Of a stretch of 13,489 nt of DNA, positions 7,029 to 13,489 are shown in pieces. The stretch is taken from contig JBCCXZ010000083.1 of assembly GCA_039190745.1 (NCBI GenBank), forward strand, positions 1 to 13,489. The letters are read 5' to 3'. How positions within the stretch are numbered: the stretch's first letter is position 1; each line of letters begins with the position of its first letter. The notes under the pieces are model-generated. The model was not told the origin of the DNA. It ran no database searches and saw nothing but the letters and a program-made list of their open reading frames with translations. The translations under genes were made by a program, and so were the position numbers. This DNA comes from Planctomycetota bacterium (GTDB taxonomy: Bacteria > Planctomycetota > Planctomycetia > Pirellulales > Lacipirellulaceae).

Positions 7029-9353
7029 ATGGACCCACTGCTCGACACCCTGAACGATTCCCTAAACCCTGCCCAACGCGAGGCCGCAGGCCACATCGAC
7101 GGGCCCATGCTGGTGCTCGCCGGCCCCGGGAGCGGCAAAACCAGGGTGGTCACCCACCGCATCGCCAACCTCCTCCGGCAGGGCGTCTACGGCAGCCAAG
7201 TCCTAGCGCTCACGTTCACGAACAAGGCCGCCGCCGAGATGCGGTCTCGCGTCGAGCGGCTCGCCCCCGGCCAGCCGGTGTGGGTGAGCACCTTCCACCG
7301 CTTCGGCGCCAAGCTGCTCCGCCAGTACGCCGACCTAGTGGGGCTGACGCCTAACTACACCATCTACGACACCTCCGACTCGCTGCAGACGCTCAAGCGG
7401 GTCATCGAGGCCGGCAAGCTCAAGACGATGCACTACACCCCGGAGCGCATCGCCTCGGCCATCAGCGACGCCAAGAACAAGCTGATCACGCCCGACGAGT
7501 TCGAGCCCCGCCGCGGCAGCCCGCTCAGCCAAATCGTCGCCGAGGTCTACCCCGCCTACCAGAAGAGGATGGTCGCCTCGTCGGCGGTCGACTTCGACGA
7601 CCTCCTGCTGCACGTCGCCAAGCTGCTGCACGATCAGCCCGACGTGCGGGCCACGCTCGACAACCGCTTCCGCTACATCCTCGTCGACGAGTACCAGGAC
7701 ACCAACCACGCCCAGTACGTGATGGTCCGCGCGCTCTCGATCGACCACCCCAACCTCGCCGTGACCGGAGACCCCGACCAATCGATTTACGGCTGGCGCG
7801 GCGCCGACATCCGGAACATCCTCCAGTTCGAGTCCGACTTCCCCGAAGTGCGCGTGGTGCGCCTTGAGCAGAACTACCGCAGCACCAAGAGCATCCTCCG
7901 CGTGGCGGACACCCTGATCGGCTACAACCGCCAGCGCAAGGCAAAGTCGCTCCACACCGACAACCCCGAGGGCGACCCCGTCGCGCTCGTCGAGTACTCC
8001 ACGCAAGACGAAGAGGCCCGCGGCGTCGCCGAGACCATCGCCGCCGGCATAGCCGCCGGCCGCCCCGCCAGCGACTACGCCGTCTTCTACCGCGTGAACG
8101 CCCTCTCCCGCGGCATCGAACGCGCCTTCCGCGAACGCGGCATCCCCTACAACATGGTCCGCGGGCTTGAGTTCTACCAACGCAAAGAAATCAAAGACGT
8201 CCTGGCCTACTGCCAGCTCATCAACAACCCGCTCGACGACCAGGCCGTCCTCCGCACGATCAACACGCCAGCGCGCGGCATCGGCCGCAAGACGGTCGAC
8301 CGCTTGGTGGAGCACGCCTACATCCGCGGCGTCTCCTTGCTGGAGGCCGCGGCCGACGCGGGCTCGATCGAGGGCCTCGCCGCCCGTTCGGCCAAGAAGC
8401 TCGCCGAGTACCGCCAGATGATGGAGGGCCTCGCCCGGTCCGCCGGAGGCGACATGGAAGAAATCCTCGGCAAAGTCCTGGAGGAAACCGGCTACCGCGC
8501 CCAGCTGCAGGACAGCGAGAGCGAGGAGGACCTCAACCGCCTGGCCAACATCGAGGAACTACTTACGGACGCCCGTCAGTTCGACGAGGAACACCCCGAC
8601 GGCGGGGCGTTGGAAGAGTACCTCGAGAACGCCTGGCTCGTGAACGACACCGACGGCTGGGAAGACGACGCGGAGAAGGTCACCATGATGACGCTCCACG
8701 CCGCCAAAGGCCTAGAGTTCCCCGTCGTATTCGTGGTCGCCTTCGAGCACGGCCTGCTGCCGCACGAGCGGAGCAGCAACGACGAGTCGCAGGTCGAAGA
8801 GGAACGCCGCCTCGCCTTCGTCGGCATCACGCGCGCTAAGGAGCGGCTTGAGCTGAGCTACGCCGTCCAGCGCGACTTCCGCGGCCAACGCCGCCGAACG
8901 GTGCCCAGCTCGTTCCTGATGGAACTCCCGCGCGATCAGATGGACGTCCGCCAAACGATCAACGACGAGTTCGGCTGGCTGGGCGACGACGCGGTCGAGT
9001 TCGACACGGGGGCGTTTGAAGAGGAGTCGTTCGACATTGGACAAGCGGATGGATTCGACGAAGCCCAGGAGGAAGCCGCTCCTCAAACCTCCTCGAAATG
9101 GGAGGTCGCTGCGGCGCAGGTCACCACCGCGGCACAGCTAGACCCAGCCGCAGAACCCGACGACCAGCGGTACAACGTCCCGCCCGACGCCTTCGTTCTG
9201 GGGATGGCCGTCGTGCACCGCGAGCACGGACCGGGTAAGATCATGGCCCTCTCCGGTTCCGGCAAGAACCGCCGGGCCACGATCCGGTTCGCCACCGCCG
9301 GCGAGCGCCGCTACGTGTTGGCGCACACCCCCATCCGCCCCGCGGGCGGCTAG
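7029..9353 (+). CDS. pcrA: ATP-dependent SF1A DNA helicase UvrD/PcrA
   Basis: Q motif LNPAQREA, Walker A LAGPGSGKT, TFTNKAA, STFH, DFDDLL, Walker B VDEYQDTN, GDPDQSIYGWRGA, LEQNYRST, MTLHAAKGLEFP and EEERRLAFVGITRA. C-terminal Tudor-like domain. ATG at 7029 preferred over GTG 6960. Confidence 0.97.
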   Translation: MDPLLDTLNDSLNPAQREAAGHIDGPMLVLAGPGSGKTRVVTHRIANLLRQGVYGSQVLALTFTNKAAAEMRSRVERLAPGQPVWVSTFHRFGAKLLRQYADLVGLTPNYTIYDTSDSLQTLKRVIEAGKLKTMHYTPERIASAISDAKNKLITPDEFEPRRGSPLSQIVAEVYPAYQKRMVASSAVDFDDLLLHVAKLLHDQPDVRATLDNRFRYILVDEYQDTNHAQYVMVRALSIDHPNLAVTGDPDQSIYGWRGADIRNILQFESDFPEVRVVRLEQNYRSTKSILRVADTLIGYNRQRKAKSLHTDNPEGDPVALVEYSTQDEEARGVAETIAAGIAAGRPASDYAVFYRVNALSRGIERAFRERGIPYNMVRGLEFYQRKEIKDVLAYCQLINNPLDDQAVLRTINTPARGIGRKTVDRLVEHAYIRGVSLLEAAADAGSIEGLAARSAKKLAEYRQMMEGLARSAGGDMEEILGKVLEETGYRAQLQDSESEEDLNRLANIEELLTDARQFDEEHPDGGALEEYLENAWLVNDTDGWEDDAEKVTMMTLHAAKGLEFPVVFVVAFEHGLLPHERSSNDESQVEEERRLAFVGITRAKERLELSYAVQRDFRGQRRRTVPSSFLMELPRDQMDVRQTINDEFGWLGDDAVEFDTGAFEEESFDIGQADGFDEAQEEAAPQTSSKWEVAAAQVTTAAQLDPAAEPDDQRYNVPPDAFVLGMAVVHREHGPGKIMALSGSGKNRRATIRFATAGERRYVLAHTPIRPAGG

Positions 9354-9375
9354 ATTCACCGATTGGCGGACCCCG

Positions 9376-10512
9376 ATGCCCCCCAAATTCCAACCTGCGT
9401 TCCTCTTCTGCACTTGCCAGCAGGGAGCCGGGCCGGCCCTCAAGGCCGAAGTCGCCGCGGCCGTCCCCGGAGCCGTCCCGGCGTTCTCCCGGCCCGGGTT
9501 CGTCACGTTCAAGCTCGAAGAGCCCCTGGAGAACCCCTCGGCGTTCACGCTCAAATCGGCGTTCGCCCGCTCGTGGAGCCTCTCGCTCGTCAACGTCCGC
9601 GACGAACCCCGCGAAGGCCTTGTTGCCGGTGTACGCTCCAGCGAGCCGCTCGCACAGTTCATCGCCGACCACCGGCCGAAGCAGCTCCACGTCTGGGAGC
9701 GAGACCGCGCCCAGGCCGGAGAGCACGACTTCGAGCCCGGCCCCACCGAAACCGCTGCCGCCGTCCGCAACGCGTTGCTTGACGGCTGGGACGCCTTCTC
9801 ACATGACCAGGGTGATAAGCGCAGCGACTGGATCGTCGACGTCGTTATCGTCGACGAGTCTGACTGGTGGGTCGGCTGCCACCGCGCCAACACGCGCGCC
9901 GCCCGCTGGGCAGGCGGCGTCCCGGCGATCACGCTCCCCGAGCACGCCGTCTCCCGCGCGTACCTCAAGATGGACGAGGCCCTCCGCTGGTCCGCCTTCC
10001 CGGCGGAGCAGGAAGACCTGTGGGTCGAGCTCGGCTGCGCCCCCGGCGGGGCGTCGCAGGCCCTCTTGGACCGCGGCATGATCGTCGTCGGCGTCGACCC
10101 CGCCGAGGTCGATCCCAAAGTCGCCGAGCACCCCCGCTTCGCCCACGCCCGGAGGCGTGTGAAGGAGCTGCCGACCAAGTGGCTCCGCGAAGTGCAATGG
10201 CTCGCCGCCGACATGAACGTGGCCCCGACGTACACGCTCGACGCCGTCGAGGGCGTCCTCGCCCACCGCGCCAGCACCATCCGCGGACTGGTCCTTACGC
10301 TGAAGCTCTCCGACTGGTCCGCCGCCGAGCACCTCCAGGAGCACGCCGACCGCGTCCGCTCCTGGGGCTACCGCGACCTGCGGATCCGCCAGCTTGCCTT
10401 CAACCGCCGCGAGGTCTGCCTCGTTGCGCTCCGCAGCCGCGGACAACGCCGTGTACGCCGCGGCGGCAGGAAATCAGCTGCCACCAAGCCGATCCTCTCC
10501 GAGTCCGACTAG
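9376..10512 (+). CDS. rlmM: RlmM-like 23S rRNA 2'-O-ribose methyltransferase (FtsJ/RrmJ fold with N-terminal extension)
   Basis: SRAYLKMDEAL, SAM-binding ELGCAPGG, GVDPA, ADMN, TLKL and NRREV supply the K-D-K-E tetrad of RrmJ-type enzymes. The N-terminal C..G....LK.E / RPGFVTF pattern is typical of RlmM-like proteins. Starts 22 nt after the helicase stop. Confidence 0.8.
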   Translation: MPPKFQPAFLFCTCQQGAGPALKAEVAAAVPGAVPAFSRPGFVTFKLEEPLENPSAFTLKSAFARSWSLSLVNVRDEPREGLVAGVRSSEPLAQFIADHRPKQLHVWERDRAQAGEHDFEPGPTETAAAVRNALLDGWDAFSHDQGDKRSDWIVDVVIVDESDWWVGCHRANTRAARWAGGVPAITLPEHAVSRAYLKMDEALRWSAFPAEQEDLWVELGCAPGGASQALLDRGMIVVGVDPAEVDPKVAEHPRFAHARRRVKELPTKWLREVQWLAADMNVAPTYTLDAVEGVLAHRASTIRGLVLTLKLSDWSAAEHLQEHADRVRSWGYRDLRIRQLAFNRREVCLVALRSRGQRRVRRGGRKSAATKPILSESD

Positions 10513-10515
10513 CGC

Positions 10516-10624
10516 GGGCGCCACTGCTGGCTCGCCCAGCAGTGTGCGTAGCATTAGAAACGGTAGTCTTTCGAAGCCCCACATCTGGCGCTGCTAGCAC
10601 CCAGGCGGGCACACCCGGTGGCAC
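10516..10624. repeat. REP-like palindrome with a degenerate inverted partner
   Basis: 10516-10544 is GGGCGC-CACTGCTGG-CTCGC-CCAGCAGTG (perfect 9-bp stem), 3 nt after the stop. The reverse complement of 10598-10624 is GTGCCACCGGGTGTGCCCGCCTGGGTG, an imperfect hairpin with the same GYGCCA foot. Confidence 0.65.
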
Positions 10625-10748
10625 AACGGCGTTGACGTAGTCCGCCGTGCCAGCTAATTACCGGCCTGAGTCGTGGTCAACCCCGCCCGCGACTCGAGGT
10701 TGTCCCCGCAACCCCAGCTCGTGAAACCCAGCCCCGCCGAGGCTTCCC

Positions 10749-12029
10749 GTGCGTCGCCCGCACCCGAAAGCTTGGTTCCTCGCAACGGCCGTCCTGTGGT
10801 GCGCCTTCGCCGCCCGCGGAACGTCGCCCGCCGCGGCTCAACGGGTTCAATTCCCCTCTAACGCACCGCCTCAGATGTTTGCCCAGCCCGGTGCCGTCGC
10901 GCAACCCAGCTTCGACGCCTACGGAGCCGGCACGGTCGGGGCCCCCCCGGTGACCTCGCCGTACAACCCCTCGCCCGGCTTCGGCCAATCGGCCTTCGGT
11001 CAGCCGACCGTCCAGCCCCAGCTCAGCCCGACGCCGCTCAACCAGCCGACTTTCGGCGGCCAGCCCGCGTTCACCCAGCCCGGCACGGCCACGCCCATCG
11101 GCGCCCCTCAGCCCTTCGGCGCACCCGCCTACAACGGCACGCCCTACAACCCCGGCACCTCCCCGGTCGGGTGGCAGTCGGGCACATACCAATACCAGAA
11201 CCCCGACGGCTCCTCGGTCCGACTCCAGCGGCTCCTGCAGCAGATCTCTTTCGAGCACACCTACCTCTACGGCGGCAACGACCCCGACGACCTCGGCATC
11301 AACCGCACCGAACTCGCCGCCACGTTTGCCTTCCCGATCTTCTACAACCCCGACACGCCGCTGCTGATCACCCCCGGCTTCGCCTTCAACTGGCTCGACG
11401 GCCCCATCGACACCACCGGCGACGGCAGCGGCCCCGACCTCCCGGCGCGGGTCTACGACGCCTACCTCGACGCTTCCTGGTACCCCCGGCTCACCGAGTT
11501 CCTCTCGGCCGACCTCGGCCTCCGTACCGGCGTCTGGACCGACTTCGAAGAAGTGAACAGCGACTCGGTCCGCATCCTCGGACGCGGCATGGGAGTCATG
11601 TCGTTTAGCCCGAAGTTCGATCTTCTGGCCGGCGTCTGGTACCTCGACCGCAACGACGTCCGCCTCCTCCCGGCGGGCGGAGCCCACTGGCGGCCCACCC
11701 CGGAATGGGACCTCTACCTCGTCTTCCCCAACCCTAAGATTCGCAAGAAGGCCCGCACCATCGGCAGCAGCCAGTGGTACTGGTACGTCGCCGGCGAGTA
11801 CGGCGGCGGACGCTGGACCCTCCAACGCGCCAGCGGAGCGGCCGACGACGTCGATATCAACGACATCCGCGTCCAGTTTGGGCTCGAGTGGGAAACCCTC
11901 ACGCAGATCCGCGGCCACTTCGAGGTCGGCTATGTCTTCGACCGAGAGATCGTCTACGACGCCACACGCAGTCCGCCTGCGTTCAAGCTCGACGACACCT
12001 TCATGTTCCGCGCGGGGGTCGATTTTTGA
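10749..12029 (+). CDS. Predicted outer-membrane beta-barrel protein (DUF6268-like) with signal peptide and Pro/Gln/Gly-rich N-terminal region
   Basis: GTG start, signal peptide (WFLATAVLWCAFAA..AAAQ), low-complexity linker, then alternating aromatic/hydrophobic strands. Ends in the beta-signal-like FMFRAGVDF. The DUF label is from memory and unverified. Confidence 0.75.
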   Translation: MRRPHPKAWFLATAVLWCAFAARGTSPAAAQRVQFPSNAPPQMFAQPGAVAQPSFDAYGAGTVGAPPVTSPYNPSPGFGQSAFGQPTVQPQLSPTPLNQPTFGGQPAFTQPGTATPIGAPQPFGAPAYNGTPYNPGTSPVGWQSGTYQYQNPDGSSVRLQRLLQQISFEHTYLYGGNDPDDLGINRTELAATFAFPIFYNPDTPLLITPGFAFNWLDGPIDTTGDGSGPDLPARVYDAYLDASWYPRLTEFLSADLGLRTGVWTDFEEVNSDSVRILGRGMGVMSFSPKFDLLAGVWYLDRNDVRLLPAGGAHWRPTPEWDLYLVFPNPKIRKKARTIGSSQWYWYVAGEYGGGRWTLQRASGAADDVDINDIRVQFGLEWETLTQIRGHFEVGYVFDREIVYDATRSPPAFKLDDTFMFRAGVDF

Positions 12030-13162
12030 CCCCGAACGAACTGTCCCAAAGCAAACCGCGGCCTGTGCCTTCCAGAAGAGCTGCTTCTTTTGCAGCCTCT
12101 CTAGGGTTGCTGATGGTTGCGTGGTCGCCGAGCGCGTCCAGAGCCGCGGAAGAATCGCCCGCAATCGGCGGCACGCTCCTCGCCGAATCGGTGCCGTTCC
12201 AACCGAGCTCCGTTTACGCCGAGCCGATTGACCTCCCGGGCATCGAGCCGATTCAGATCGACAACGAACCCATGTTCCGCGTCGCGGGGCTCGCCGACGA
12301 CGTCATCCCTCGGCCCGAAGACGTCGAGCAGACCGCCGACCCCGGTCAGATGAAGCTCCCCCCCGGCGTGCGTAAGGGTTTCTTCCAACGCGCCAGCTTC
12401 ACGTCCACCTACCTGCCGCGCTTCAGCGACGACGGCCTCGGCATCACCGACCTCGAAGCCTCTCTCACGTTCGGCTTCCCATTCTTCCGTCGCGACACGC
12501 CGCTCCTGGTCACGCCGCGGTTCGCCGTGCATTACCTCGACGGCCCGGCGGCGCCGGAACTCCCCCCGCGGCTGTTCGACGCCTCGGTCGACTTCACGCA
12601 CCTCCGCAAGTTCGGCGACGGGCCCTGGGCGATGAACGTTGGAGTGAACCTCGGCCACTACAGCGACTTCGAGCAGAGCAGTTCCGACGCGTTCCGGGTC
12701 AGCGGCCGCGGCTTCGCGGTCTACGAAGGCACTCCGGGCCGCAAGTGGGTGATGGGCGTCGTCTACGCGAACCGCGCCGGGGCGAGCGTCTTCCCCGCCG
12801 TCGGCGTCACCCTTGAACCCAACCCAGACACCAAGTACGAACTGATCTTCCCCCGCCCGCGGATCGCCAAACGGATCGCTTCCACAGGCCCGCCGGGGCT
12901 CGACGAACGCTGGGTCTACCTCGGCGGAGAATTCGGCGGCGGCATCTGGGCCTTCGAGCCCGACTCCGCCCCCGGCACGACCGACGTCGTCTCCTACAGC
13001 GACCTCCGCATCCTCGCCGGCTACGAACGCAAGGTCGCCGGCGGCCTCTCCCACCGCTTCGAGTTCGGCTACGTCTTCGCCCGAGAACTCGAATACGAAA
13101 GCGGCATCCCCGACTTCACCCTCGACGACAGCCTGCTCGCCCGCATCGCGATCACCTATTGA
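12026..13162 (+). CDS. Second, paralogous predicted outer-membrane beta-barrel protein
   Basis: Start is TTG 12026 (TTGA overlap with the upstream stop) or GTG 12065. Signal peptide RRAASFAASLGLLMVAWSPSASRA. Shares motifs with the upstream gene (FGFPFFRRDTPLLVTPRF..LDGP, PELPPRLFDA, YLGGEFGGGIW, FEFGYVFARELEY). Ends LARIAITY. Confidence 0.78.
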   Translation: MTPNELSQSKPRPVPSRRAASFAASLGLLMVAWSPSASRAAEESPAIGGTLLAESVPFQPSSVYAEPIDLPGIEPIQIDNEPMFRVAGLADDVIPRPEDVEQTADPGQMKLPPGVRKGFFQRASFTSTYLPRFSDDGLGITDLEASLTFGFPFFRRDTPLLVTPRFAVHYLDGPAAPELPPRLFDASVDFTHLRKFGDGPWAMNVGVNLGHYSDFEQSSSDAFRVSGRGFAVYEGTPGRKWVMGVVYANRAGASVFPAVGVTLEPNPDTKYELIFPRPRIAKRIASTGPPGLDERWVYLGGEFGGGIWAFEPDSAPGTTDVVSYSDLRILAGYERKVAGGLSHRFEFGYVFARELEYESGIPDFTLDDSLLARIAITY

Positions 13163-13177
13163 GGCGGATTGGGGCTT

Positions 13178-13369
13178 CACCACAGAGACACGAAGGGCAC
13201 GAAGACGGGGGACAGGAGACAGAGTACACGGCGCCATGCCCACGCTAGCGTGAGGGTGTCCGGGAATTCGTCGTATAGGTTTTGCCCCGAGAGAAGCCCC
13301 GGAGGGGCGACGGCGTGTAGCCCCGTGCAAGGGCCGCGAGAGCGCTGCGAACCGGGCCGCAGCCCCGGG
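13178..13369. repeat. Cluster of REP-like intergenic elements
   Basis: 13178-13204 CACCACAGAGACACGAAGGGCACGAAG (three CACRRAG units). 13230-13258 is a degenerate copy of the 6387 palindrome (GGCGCCATGCCCACGCTAGCGTG). 13295-13369 is AGCCCC-GGA-GGGGCGAC..TGTAGCCCC..AGCCCCGGG. Confidence 0.6.
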
Positions 13370-13489
13370 TTGCTGGAGGATTCTTGCCGCGGCCGAGCGG
13401 TTGCCTCGATTGCGCTCGGCGGATGGTCGAGGCCGGAACCGTCCGCGGATTGGGTGCGTCCTCGGCAGAACGCCGATTGCGGCGGCGCC

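Noticed and set aside
6387..13258. Dispersed palindromes as a CRISPR array
   Set aside because: Copies are isolated or inverted rather than regularly spaced direct repeats with unique spacers, and no cas genes are present.
7335..13330. Long antisense ORFs (7335-8315, 9138-10280, 10677-12164, 12101-13330) and the N-terminal extension of 11774-13162
   Set aside because: Mirror frames of well-supported plus-strand genes caused by GC3 bias. The 11774 start lies inside the upstream gene, and the signal peptide begins only after 12026.

Overview
High-GC bacterial chromosomal window. Gene content and intergenic repeats suggest Planctomycetota, probably Pirellulales/Lacipirellulaceae-like (inference). 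The left half is on the minus strand and reads: stand-alone RNA polymerase alpha-CTD protein, a secreted Cys/Pro/Thr-rich hypothetical protein followed by an intrinsic terminator, a translationally coupled ybjQ / PQQ-like beta-propeller / HemN-like radical SAM cluster, and a PhoR-like sensor kinase missing from the ORF track. The kinase ATPase domain is cut at the window edge by a fold-back inverted duplication (1-71 vs 159-229), most likely a chimera or assembly artefact. The right half is on the plus strand: UvrD/PcrA helicase, RlmM-like rRNA methyltransferase and two tandem paralogous predicted outer-membrane beta-barrel proteins. Intergenic gaps hold REP/REPIN-like palindromes. I found no tRNA, rRNA, CRISPR array or transposase, and no clear novel multi-gene system. 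The best leads are the free alpha-CTD gene divergent from uvrD, the atypical HemN-like operon, the beta-barrel pair, the structured long leader of the Cys-rich protein, and a REP family with interchangeable stems.
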